The notes beneath the pieces are model-generated. The model was not told where the DNA came from, made no database searches, and was given only the letters and a program-made list of their open reading frames with translations. From contig NOWV01000104.1 of NCBI GenBank assembly GCA_003344405.1, positions 62,001 to 126,000 of the forward strand: a DNA stretch of 64,000 nucleotides. Direction: 5' to 3'. This document shows, piece by piece, positions 21,381-34,368 of this stretch. The stretch's first letter is position 1, and each line of letters begins with the position of its first letter. Both the position numbers and the translations under genes were made by a program. This DNA comes from Trichoplax sp. H2 (Eukaryota).

Positions 21381-22673
21381 ATCTAATAACAGCTCTCGTA
21401 TCTACAGGACGCAGTATGAAGAATTTACACTAGCACTTTGCTGATAGACAGTAGTTCTTGACTGTATTGATGGCCTGGTCTAGCCTGCATTTTAATTCAT
21501 TTTTCGGAGATTTTTTTGAAAGTTCTAACGTGATAACAAATACAAAATTATTACAACAGGATACAGTGGTGGAAATAAAACGGCTGCCTACTGCAGCGCT
21601 CTGAGTTAAACATTTTGTTACTTACCGATAGAACTTAATTATGATTATTCCCCACATCCACACGAGCAAATTATTTGATGATCATGAAATAGCTAATTCT
21701 GCATTTATAACATTCAGACTGCTCATTTCTTAGCGATTTTTTCCTGAGAATTATTTAGTTATAGTAAAATCGATATTATCTGTAATTTTCGTGCTGCGAT
21801 TTCAAATTTTATTATCCTTTTTTTTATCAGCTCTCCGAGAATATGGATCAAAAATTGAAATAAAAATTACTGTACGCGTATAATCTATCATGTAGCCGCC
21901 AGATAATAATGACTAGTTGTCCGAGAGAATTGTAAAAATTAAAAATACTTAGGTGCAAATGAAAGCATCTTGTTAAAGCTTTTATATCTTAAGTTAATGA
22001 AATACGAGCTATACTCTTCCTACTAGTAGTAGCTAGTACAACTTTACTCTGAAATTACGTTTAGCAAGTAATTCTCTGTATGCTTGTACCAAAATCCTGA
22101 CCATTGTGTTACAATGGATAAGGAAATAGGAATACTGATATTCGTATACGTTTTTTTACAGTAAATTTTCGTAGCAGTTCTAAGTACAATGTCAACTGAA
22201 TATTTACGAATTGATCTATTTTTTTGGCAGTCGTGTAATATTTACAATTTAAGAGGATTTAGCAATCATTATAGTTGCTCTGTTGAAAAAATAATTTCGC
22301 ATGAACGGCTCGCGGATTCAACAAGCTACCGTAAGTAAGTATAACAGCTATTATTATCACCAATTTACTCCACAGGCAATAAACGACAACTATGTACGCA
22401 CCAGCAGATCTACCGAAATACCATCAAAAGTGTTCCACAATTTGGAAAACGAGCATTTATTTTCAGCTGTACAAATACTACTATATGACATCTATTAATT
22501 ATTAGGTGCTAGTGTAACCCATCAGCCGTAGTAAAGATAATACACTTTTATTACTTGTTTATTAGATATTGGCAAATAGATTGGTTACAATATGTGACCA
22601 CATTCCAAATAGTAAAAGTTATGAAAATGTTACAACGATAAGTGCAAAAATTTAGTATTTATCTGCATTTTCT

Positions 22674-24430
22674 TTAAGGTGGTAAAGGAATCAAGCTTCT
22701 GATGATGTTCTCCATTAGACCTACATGTTGTTTTCGTACCTTTTCCGTGCAAGGTATGCAAGCAAAACATTGGCTGTTGAAGAAATCTTTAATCTTAACA
22801 TCGGAATTCTCTATCTCTGATCTAGCCACCTACAGCATAAAAATAAAACGTATGACCCTAATGATAAATCAATCTCTATTATATCTAAGCGGCTATTTTT
22901 AAAATCCTTGACAGACTTTTATTACTATATAACGACTGTTACTATGACTGAAAGATGGCCGTTACTCACATTCGGATGTCTGCCTTGACTTAGTAGTACT
23001 GTTTGAGCACGAGGCAAACTTCGTTTTACCTCACATGTCTTGTAATTTACACTTGAATCTAGTTATCGTTAATAAATTTTGTCAAGCCCAGATAAAAGCT
23101 TCAAAACGCTAAGACATGTTCGATTACTATCAAGATTTGCCACCATAGAAATTGTAACAATGCAAGATTTTTCTCTATTTAGCATAACTACCTCTCGTGC
23201 CGGTTAATAGATCATGGGTGATTACGTCTTCCTCCGTATTGATATTAGCATCGTGATACGAGCTCATTGATGATATTGATATTGCGTCTTGATCCACTTG
23301 AGATACACATTCCATACTAGTATAGTTCTTCCTCGAGAAATTTACATACCTATTCTCTACTCGATCGGTCTAAAAATGATTTAACTCTATCATGTCTAAT
23401 TATTTCGAAGATTTAGCTTTAGGCTTCTTGTAATCAATCCATCAAAGACTTACCGTTAAAAATGTATCTATGATATCTTCCATTGAAGGGCTAACGGGTC
23501 CATTCTATATATTTTAAATGCTTTATAATTACTTTAAGTAATTAATCCTTTACATTAAATTTGTAAATATCCTAAGAAGTAGTCAATAATATCGATGAAA
23601 AGTCGTAGCATTTTTACCGCCAAGGCTGGATTAATACCGTTGTAAAGTAAATCTGGTTGAGACGATGCATAGTCGGTCTATTCAGTTTTAGTAATTAGCA
23701 AATATTGTCGGCGTTAATATCCAGCATTCATGTATTTACTTCTAAATTTTCCTAATGGCACTAAAATGATATTTGTCTGCAGGCTTTCTTGCATGATCTT
23801 ACCGTTGATATTTGATCTTCATTGTTATTTACGTCAGCTACTTGACTTCTTCCAGGGTTAATCTAATTAATCAAGATAGAACTTTCAGGTAAATAGTGAG
23901 ACCATCCTTTGATATTCATTTAACATTTCTTACGGCAGATGGTGCATGTGCAATACCATCCGCGTGATCTGCAATTGGTTCTTCCTATGCAAAAATATCA
24001 AGTAAATGATTATCGAACGGCTATAAAACAATACTACTCCTTGATATCCAATGTTACTCCGTACGATGTTATGTTATTATATCATCCGGTATAAAAGAGC
24101 AGTTTATCCCCACCAGTTCAATAAAGAACTCTCAAAGGCGAACTTAAATTTATACCCACTCTAGCTTAATATAATACTAAATCAGTATGATACTAATAGC
24201 AAATAAAGTTTACTCTCATTATAGTATTATGCTAGGCTATCGCGATATTAACAGAATCTCTTGCTAATTATTCAGAAATTCTATCTAAAGCCCGACCTTA
24301 CTATATTTACTAATGTACTTACTGTCCTAATGTCAATGACTTCGCAAATGTCTTCCACGTAAGGTTCGAAAATATTATCATAGAGAGAATATTCATTTTG
24401 CCAGTCTTCTGCAGTTAGTACACCAGCCAT
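22674..24430 (-). CDS. Uncharacterised acidic ~250-aa protein, 8 coding exons
   Basis: Exons 24323-24430, 23934-23984, 23803-23862, 23618-23677, 23454-23504, 23192-23369, 22970-23058 and 22674-22829 all have GT-AG boundaries. They join into one 753-nt open frame, MAGVLTAEDWQNEY...FACIPCTEKVRKQHVGLMENIIRSLIPLPP*. Confidence 0.7.
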
Positions 24431-26238
24431 GATCTTTCTTATTGATAAGGCAAAGTTTACAGTAATCAATTGATAACGACAAGCCGCCGACTTCTACTTC
24501 ACGAATATTAAATAACTTCACTAATCAAAATCTGCGCACTAAGACCAAATTTGGTTAGTCTATCTTCCCTAGGCTATACGTACAACACATTAATTGACTG
24601 AACATAGAAAATCGGAAGCTACAGTGGTTTATACCATGTTCTTCTTTTTGCAGACCTAGTATTTAGTACGGTATCATAGCAGGGTATTGCTGATAGACAA
24701 TTATATAGTATATTGCACTATCTATAATATATAAGCATACTAAATTAGTAAAACAAATTAAGTATCTAGGAATGTAGGTCATGCAAGGAATACTGTATAT
24801 TTAAACATAAATTATGGTGCAATGCATTATCATCTAAACCCACAATAACCATTTACAATGACCTTAATAAAAACTATTAAACAGATTGTTCTTTAAAGTA
24901 TATCAAATAGCGGATAAAAATTCTTTTATTTCTTACTTTATCGTAATTGCTGACTGTAGATATCACCTTGAATCATAACATGCGTATTTAACGAATAAAG
25001 CCGTACAAAATAAAATAAAATAGCTTTATGATATCACAGATTATTGTGTACATATGTAAGATTCACTGTTTATCAATAAATGTTTATACTTAATCTTTGA
25101 TGATTTATTCAACATCTGAATTGCAATAAATATTTAATTGGAAATACATTACAACGTTATCTTTTCAAGCTTAGGATATAGAGCCTGATTCAAATCATTC
25201 ATTCTATTTAAAGCTAAACGATGGCAAAAAATACACGTGAGTGCTATCTAATAGCAGTCTGTATTATACTTCTAGGTTTCGAGATTATTTTTTGACAGCG
25301 TTTGCTGCAGCCAACCAACTGATAACTCTTAAATTTTCTAACTTTCCTCGAGCTATTTCTGTACTAATATTTGTGATCTAAACGGCTGATAACATAGATT
25401 GATATATGCCCCAATTCAGTCAAAAATTCGATTCTGATCTGCTATGGCCATTAGCCGTCAATAGCGCATATAACAATATAAACGCCTAATTAAGTCAAAG
25501 ATTCCCGGCTATTGCTACTATTGCGAAGTATTGCCCGAAGACACACCGTAAATAAGATTATGATTACCGAATGTAGTGAAACTTGCTATAAGACAGAGCT
25601 CGAGTATTCTGATCATATTTATTGATAAATTATTAGTAGCATAATATGTTAAGTAAAATTTTAACAGAAGAGTATCAAGATATAATGAAATATTTAAAGT
25701 GTGAAAGAAATAGCAAAGAACAGCCGAAAACAATTGATGAGAAATTTGTAATTCAGTAGCACTATTCTCATTTTAACAACAAATAAAAATAGTTCTGCAG
25801 TAGCTACACTGTGTAAACTTTACAACTATTAATGAAATATATTACTTATAACAAAATCACTGAATTATTAAAACGATCCATTCATTAAACACGGTAGGCA
25901 ACATTAAGCATTTACTATATTTATATTCGAAATATCTACAGGACAAATGTATTGTTACAAAGATTTATGGTAACGGCCAATGTTTATAATTAATTAGCCA
26001 TTTTAAAGTAATTCCAATCATTGCATTTAATCAGCTATGAATTTCATAGATGATAATCGATTTTAAGAGCTCAAATGTAAAATTTCCAGATGCACACGTT
26101 GTCATTGGCAATTATACTGGTTTCTTTCAACCACATTTACTCTATAATGTTGAGTAGTAAATACCATTACTTCTAAGCCTTTGAAGTTTATTCGCTAACA
26201 GTTAGGAAAGATGTTGCAGGTATCAACTCATTAAAGCA

Positions 26239-29200
26239 TTACTTTTTCGAGCTTGGTCGACTTGAAGATTTTGAAGAAGGTTTTTTAAATTGACCTATCG
26301 TTAGCAATGTGAATCATAGAGAAGTTAGTCTTGCATATCTCAGATTATCATTAACATAAAGAAGAGTTGTAGAACTATACGCTCTTACCATCGCTTGTAG
26401 TCGTTTTGGCATGTTTGTCAGAGAATGCTGAGGTTGGACGCGATTGAGTCGGTACACCAGTACTGTGCGTTGGAGTTGGAATGCGATCTGGTTGCGATAG
26501 ATCGGGGGTTCTTGGTATCTTCGGACGGGAAGAAAATGCTGCCGTATATTCAACATTGCTGTAGAGAATCGAAATAAGATTATCTCAGCTTCTTCAAGTA
26601 AACTGTAGCAGAAATGAAATTTCATTGTTATTTTGAATGTATCTCCTACTTTGATCGCACTTTTGCCGAAACTTGTCTAGTTGGCTTTTCCGAAGGTTCT
26701 GTAGGATCGGTATTTTCCGGTTGTATAATTTTTTTTTCCGACTACGCAGACGTAGAATCAATTTTAATTAAAAGTTGGCTATAGGATAAGTTAGCAAACA
26801 AAACTTCTACAGTTTGCTATTCTATAGCTTGCATTGTTATAGTGGCATATTCTAATATTACACCTATACAGCATTATAGGCATAACTACTAAGTATTGTT
26901 CTTCAATGAACCTTGCTATGAATTTAATAACGTAAGTGCTGTTGATACCAATTTCGAGTCATTTTGACTTAGCGTACAACTTAAAGTGAACATATCATTC
27001 GACAACAATACTACGCACAATTTTAAAAGTGATTGTTGTATGAAGTCAGAAGTAAATCACTTGAACACTAACTCACCCCAAGGATCTTAGAGATAACTTC
27101 CGATGCTTTATCATCAACCGCTAGAACAAAATTAAGCAGCAAAGGTATTAAGATCTTTGCATGAAACGAAATAATAAGAAATACTCTCACTTACGTAGTT
27201 GGACCTCCGTGTCATCTGGTGCTTGAGTATCATCAACAGCTTCCTCATCGTCGACCTTTGCCACACGACCTTTTGTCACTGTACCGGGCCTTATTCTGCC
27301 GTCATCACTTTTAGCACTTCCTAATGAAACTGACTTTGCACTACCACTTCGAGTCTTGGGTCGAACAACTTCTACTTCGCCCTTTCTACTAGGGGGGTTA
27401 TTTTGCAGTGAACCAGATCTTTGTTTCGTCTTGCCGCTGTTTTGCGGTGACTGCTTGGATGGCTTAGCTGAACTAAAAGAAGACGTTCGAGGACTATAGT
27501 TTTCTTCAGCTCGCGATTGTGAACGTGGCGATTTATTGGCACCATAGCTGCTAAGCCGACTTGGCATTTTACTAACGGTTAAATCTGCTTGAGAAGCAGG
27601 TCGCGATTTATCTCCACTATTTCCTTCCTCTAGAAATTTGTTAAGTGTAATTATAATCAAAAATGTAGTACTAGAACATCAAGCCGTACACATATTCTAA
27701 CTTCACCTTGTAAGTTCTCTAATCGGACAGACTCTCGAGCAGACTCTATCCCTGTAACCCCATCACTGCTTGCCATTTTATTTAAGAAAACAAAGCTCAA
27801 ATATCTCTTACAAGTGCAAGCATTTTATAACATTCTAAATAAATTACATTGTGACATAAATTTTATTCATGTTGGCTCCATAACTTACCCTTGATAGCTT
27901 TGCTTTAATTTAGCTGTAAGACACAGATTGCAATAGAAATGTCAAAAGGTAAATATATCATTAATGACTAAAATATAGGAAAATCCACTAACACTGCAGT
28001 ACGATAAGAGTGTCATGAAAGCGAGTACAAGTTCAACACAATTATGCTATACGATTACTTGATAATTTAAGTAATAATATGATAACTTTATTAAATTACA
28101 GTTACCAGTAAAAATTGTAGATGGTGTAATCGGTCGTTGTAGAGGCCCATCGTCAATACTATGAGTAATTCCCTACATTAGAAGGGTACTTTATCAAATT
28201 TCACATTACGACTGATAGTAAGAAGTAATAACAATTTCACGAAGTAAAATTACCCTTTCTCTTTTCTTGTGCTTAACACCTAGAGCCTACAGCCATGTAA
28301 CAGGTAAAACTGCATATTTAATAAAAAAAGATCAAGCCACTAACTGATATAATCAATGTTTAAAAAAAGTTTGATACCAACTAAGGTTAAACATACCACC
28401 GAATATCTGACTTTTAAAAGATTTTCACCATATAAATCCCCGTCATCTGGTACAATATTGTCGTCCTTGTCGATGTCCTCCTCGAGAGTTTCTTGATCAT
28501 CCTGTAAAAGATATTTGATGAACTTTTCGTTATGGAAACGATCTTATTCGACCTTAAATAAGTACTTTTACATTATATAGTACAATTTCATTAACTGGTT
28601 ATCGTAACATTCAAAAGGGCTAACTGACATCATCGTCTTCTTCGTCCTCGTCATCTGAAGCTGCATCATCTTCTTCATCGTGTCTGTTTTCTGCAATTGT
28701 ATGAGTTTAACTATTAATATGATAAGTATTAGCCGTCGAGATTTAGGCACCAAATCTACCTGAGTTTAATTGTTTTAAAATAAATTCCATTTGACGTCTT
28801 TCTTCAGCGTTACTATCACTCTGATAATAATTGAGCATGTCTTCCAATCCCTTGATAACATTATAGCCGATTGATATTAAACTAAGCCAAACTACCTACT
28901 ATTTTTGATTGATATCTTACTAACCATGGCTTTAGCCTCTTCACGAATTGTAGGTCTTGATAAAATACTATACAGTGCACCATTAACGTAAGGTCGAACC
29001 TATTGTAGCGTTCACGACAAAAGTAAGATTACGCAGTAATAGTCACACTTAAAAAGCGTAAATCCTTTACTGTGTTTCAAAAATTAAGATTTTAATAGAT
29101 TTGACATACTTCGCGGTTTTCATGCCCTAAGAGATCGCAAAGAACTTTTAAGACAGCACTGGCTTTACTTTCACAACGAATCTTTCCTGTAACAGGATTT

Positions 29201-32200
29201 TAAAATATCAATAATTATATCAAAATCAAATGCGGGTAATATTGACCTGATAGAGAAGAAGTTACCTGCTTTTCGTAGGCAGAGATTCATCAATAGAGCC
29301 ACAGAATACTCCAAAAAGTAATCGGACATAGATTCATTGTTTCCTAAAGCACCGATAAGCCATTCAATGAAACCTTCAAGGATCATTTGGGTCTGAAATT
29401 TCCTTCTGCGGAATCAAACATTGTTCAAAATACAAAACTATCAAAGATTTTTACTAAATATATGTTGACTGTCGCAGTAAATTATATTATTTGCTTATGA
29501 ACAGTAGTGTTGACCTTAAACTTAGTTTTTGCACGCAACCAAGTAGATTTTCCATTGATAAATCATTGAATTTATTATTTTCCATGCTTTTTTTCAAAGC
29601 ATGAATCAATCTTTCACTCCTACTTAGATACGTACGCCCTGATTTTGATATTATCATAAATGATATTACATGTTAGTTTATAACTTATCAGCTATCCGGC
29701 CCTATGATGTCATGATGTAACCTAGTAGTAGTATTTACCAGCGCTTAATGATGCAATCGCATTAAGAAATCTTGCAAGACTTTGCCTCAATAATCCTTCA
29801 TTTAGTAATTCTAAAAGCGTATCCTGCGTGTATATGCGGTTAAAAGGAGAAATTTTTCTAGGTTACTGTCAATTTGAAAGATAGCTGAGAATCGAATCCA
29901 ACCTGATAATTTCCACTTTCCACGCAACCGAGTAAATCGTTTGAAGAATAGCTAGCCATTGTTTCATCACGGTATTCAATGGATGATGCTTTGGTAATTC
30001 TCTAAATAAATCCAAATAATCAAAATCTCGTAAGTATAAAAAGGCTAAGGATCAAAGGGTACTGTGGTTATATGGCTCACCCAACGAAGTGCTTGCAACA
30101 GAAAACCTTTAGCCGGGTCGCTTTCCGTGGATATGTCTAGTTTTATTTTATTGAAGTCTAATACAGTTGGTTCGTTACTTCCATCCATAGAAGATCTCTC
30201 TGGTTTCAATCTATAATTAATGGAAAAACTGGAACTTTAGCGGTTAATGTAATATCTACCACATTACTTTAAATCTGCTTGCAACAATATGCAAACATGT
30301 AGATGCTGGATTAGAATAATATTAATAAACGGACATGGATGTGCTTTCATTGATTGCAACAGACTGGCGAAGTAGCGCAGAAGCCTAAAATTGGAATAAA
30401 TAAAATATATTGTGAGCAATAAGACAGTACAGCATGTACACTGTACCGTATAAAAATCTTAATAAAGTACTAGCTATCGCTTAAAGCAAATATATGCATA
30501 TTGCAAGGTTACCGTTCCGGGTCGAGAGATATCCACCGATTGATTGGCAATACTACCGGCAAAAAGACGATTACAAACTGTTCGAAGATACTCCGTTGTC
30601 ACCTAAATACATTATAAGCATGATTGTTACATCAGTATTTATGGACTGAAATTATGCACTTGTGCAGTTAGTTCTAACCGGTTTCCCTTTAATTGAATCC
30701 TCCATAACATCCACCAATTCTGCAGTAATCCCGATTAAGTTATGATAGTCAGCCTTTGAATAATTACCGTAATGTACATAATTAAAATCAATTTAAATCA
30801 GTATTTTGTAGAATGTCATTGCGAGTGACATCAGTATCAAATAGGTTAGATCCTGTACCTGTATTTTATTGAAACGTTTAATATATTTTACTACACGTTG
30901 TTCACTTGCTTGTAGATTTCGATCAGCTATTGTTCAATATGATAGATAATAATGAGTGTTAACACAACGTTAAAAAAACCCGGTCAAAGATAAAAATATA
31001 ATATACTAAATCCTCACCTCGCTTAATGATCAATTCCTGATTTTTCTGATGTATAAGAGTATTAGTTAAGGTTGTAAAAGATATTGTAAGTTGAGACAAT
31101 TTGGATGCGTGTCAAATTATGTTATATTATTTATAATTCTATGTCGTGAAGTAATAATTAATAAATTCTAAATTTTATCGTCCGTACCGATACTATATCT
31201 GTAAAATCACTCTCAATAAGATAAATATTAAAATAAAAGGATTTCAAAATATAAATTTTCATGATCTTTGGCGAAATATCATACAATAATTACTACAGAG
31301 GGCATATTAAACAAGCATATATTTAAGATCTTACAGGCAGAACTACAAAAAAGTTCTTAGATCTTAAAGTAGCAATTGTTTCTACGTTATATTTGGAACC
31401 GCTTTATATTTTCATTTTAAGGATGTTGAGGTAAAACACAACAAAATGAGGACTTTGAAGGTGAATTGGGTGTAATCATGCCAGGATACGAATAAGGTGA
31501 CCAATTTAGGTTCGTTAGAGACCTTGAGCGTCTGTTTTAAGAAAGCTTCTAGCTTCATTCGTAGATTTGATGACCATTCGGGCTAATAAGGAAATATTTT
31601 GAAATCGTTAGACACATCGATAGAGACAAGACACTATGGTAACATATAGGAGCTTCATTTTGGGTTTGCTATTTTACCTTAAATAAGCTTTTAAACTCTT
31701 CATGATTTCTTAAATCAGGCACAAACGGTAATGCAAAATATGGTAGTAGATCTCTTGATTGACTAAAGTTCGATCCACGATTGTCAAGATACTTTCTAAA
31801 ACGCGCCATACTCTCACTCGCATCCTAATAAGACAAAAAAGTAATATTACTTCTAATTCTAAGAATTATTACAATTAATTAATCGGATAATTTTTTTAAG
31901 GCCGACTAGATAAGATACAATTAGAGAGTATTAGAATAATATATTATAACTAAAGATGTAGCAAATTCGGATTAATCAATTTAGGGTTCTAATAGATTAA
32001 TATACTTTAGGGAATCAATGCCTCAAACATCAAATTTACCACTGTAAAATAAAATTAACGAGAAATGAAATTCCCGCTACAAAACTAGTTTATTCTATTC
32101 TATATTACGTTCAAATGCTTACCAGTGAATCTAAAGGCGATAGCCTTGGATAAATTGCAAAATAAATTTGCAATGAAAATTCTAGTCGTTGACATTCCTT

Positions 32201-33198
32201 ATCTGCATTCAAAGTTTCAGGAGGCAAACTGGTGTTCCACAAGGAAAAGAATTCGGTATGATCTCCGTTCTTGTAGGCCGATATTAAATCGCTCTTTAAG
32301 ATCCATACATACATTAATATGTATACTTTATTAGTTGATACAGACAACATCGTTTTATCAAGATAGAATCGTCATTCTAGCAATATTATATGATTATTAT
32401 TTTTTCTGGCTTATAGCAGCTGTTATTGTTGCTATCACAGTATACCTGCAGTTTAACTTTTTCAGCAGCAGTTTGAATCTGATTTAAATTTGGATTAGCT
32501 TTTCCAGCATTAACGCACTCCTCACTAAACCTGATGGCAGTATCTTTAAGCCCACTAAACAATAAGTACTATATAAAATTTAAGTGCACGTATTAGTAGA
32601 CTTGTTAAATAATATGAATACCTAATATCCATAAAGCAATAGATGATATCGCAAATATAGATTATAAGAAATAGCTGATGATGTTTTTTGTATGGAGAAG
32701 AGAAGATTACTTAGAAACTCTTCTAGTAGTTAACAAAATAACGCACTTATATAGTACGTGAGCGTCTTATGCAGTTTATCATCTAAAGAATTAAATGCAC
32801 GATGCCTTACTGGAAACATTTACGACTACGATGCCTAGCACAACTTCACAATTTAATATTCTAGTTACTTATCGTATGGTATATCATCAAGGACCATCTC
32901 AAACCAGGACCATCTCAAATTATGAGCATCAACATAATATCTTAATTTATTTACCACTCAAGGAGAAAAACCCACAGTACAGTGAAGCTGTAATATATCT
33001 TACGTTTTTGTTTGGCATCCTGTCACATCAGTCGGTTAAATATAAATATAATTTATACTGATGAACGACATTTTCGCTATTTTCATTATTAAATAGCCGT
33101 GTAACAAAATTATAAATACTATACTATACCTCAGTAATGACGCTGTTAAGATGGTCTTCGTTCACAACGTATTCAGTGTCGCTCGATGAATCCTTCAT
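26239..33198 (-). CDS. ARMC9: LisH domain and armadillo repeat protein ARMC9 (ciliary)
   Basis: LisH-like [111 protein letters not shown]; acidic tract; LQRPITP; C-terminal [11 protein letters not shown]. Start and last exon ([18 protein letters not shown]) are inferred. Confidence 0.93.
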
Positions 33199-34061
33199 AT
33201 CGGTTTTGTTTCGGTAAGTATTTTCGGATGCCACATTTAAAAGGATAGCTTTTTTAAGTAATTATTGCTTTATCCGCCTAGAAAGAAATGAGATGCATTT
33301 GCAATCATTTTGAAAATGATATGGGGATTATATCATACCAAACTTTTATGGCTATCCAACAAGGTATTCTCGGGTATAACAACTTAAATTGCAATCAAAA
33401 CATCGTTCGCAAAACTAAACTGTTCTAACAAATCATGGTGCATTTCATCCTCAACAGATTTGCATGCCTCATTGGTTACCAAAAAGTATGCATAAAAAAC
33501 TCTTTCTACTACAATGCTAAAGTAAGTAAGTATAATTTTTGCTGATTTCAAATATTAACATGCTATTGAATCATTCATTTGTTTATACTTACAGTATTTA
33601 AGCTAAGCTATCTTACTTCACATACACTGATATTGACGCCTGAGACTTACTGGAAGGTGCTACTACCGCAGTCAAACTTGAATATCAAGACCCGTAGAAT
33701 CTTATTATCTTGACGCTTTCTTCCTGTATTGGAAATATTTTCAAATTGGTCCAGTAAATCGAGCCTGCTGGCTTAATATTTACAGTAGGTGGGTAACGTT
33801 ACTGGACATTAGATTGATTATTGATGAACTGGAATTTCAAATTTTTCTAGTTATTCGACTATTCGTTAAAGTCGTTAATAGTAAATATAATTAGCACTCA
33901 GCCACATCACAGTTGCGCACTGCTCTACAGGTCAGTATCCTAAACAGTGTCTTGAACAGATGAAGATGGTGCAGGAGCTAAAGGCGAATAAACAGACCTA
34001 CCGTTTCTATGGTTTCATCCTTTATTATCGACTGCCCAACGCCCATGTGAAAGATGAAGTG

Positions 34062-34235
34062 ACAGCACAGTGTACAGTGTACAGTTGTACAGTACAACCA
34101 TTAGTAGTACTGTACTGCAGCTGGGTGCAAGGCTTCCGTCATGCGCGTTTGCTTCTGGTGCACACGATTTTACTATGCTGGCCCGAAGACCGTTTCCAGT
34201 ACCAGCACCATACTGAACGGTCTCCGATTGTATAG
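34062..34235. promoter_or_regulatory. TACAG/CTGTA cluster in the divergent ARMC9/PPIH promoter
   Basis: acagcacagtgtacagtgtacagttgtacagtacaaccattagtagtactgtactgcag lies between head-to-head genes in a locally GC-richer stretch. Confidence 0.65.
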
Positions 34236-34368
34236 CCACTGGGCAACTTCAGAACAATCGAGCTGACAACTTGGACATATCTACAGCAAGCTGAATAACT
34301 TGCAATAGTTACCTGAGTTTAACTTGATTTCCTTGCAAGTAATCTACGAAATAGTTAAGAAATTTGCT

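Noticed and set aside
21470-21604. 44-codon plus-strand ORF (MAWSSLHF...) divergent from MICOS10
   Set aside because: Too short and featureless to support, although a divergent transcript from this island remains possible.
26314-26625. 103-aa minus-strand ORF
   Set aside because: Overlaps an ARMC9 exon in a different frame; the ARMC9 frame carries the conserved [11 protein letters not shown] motif.
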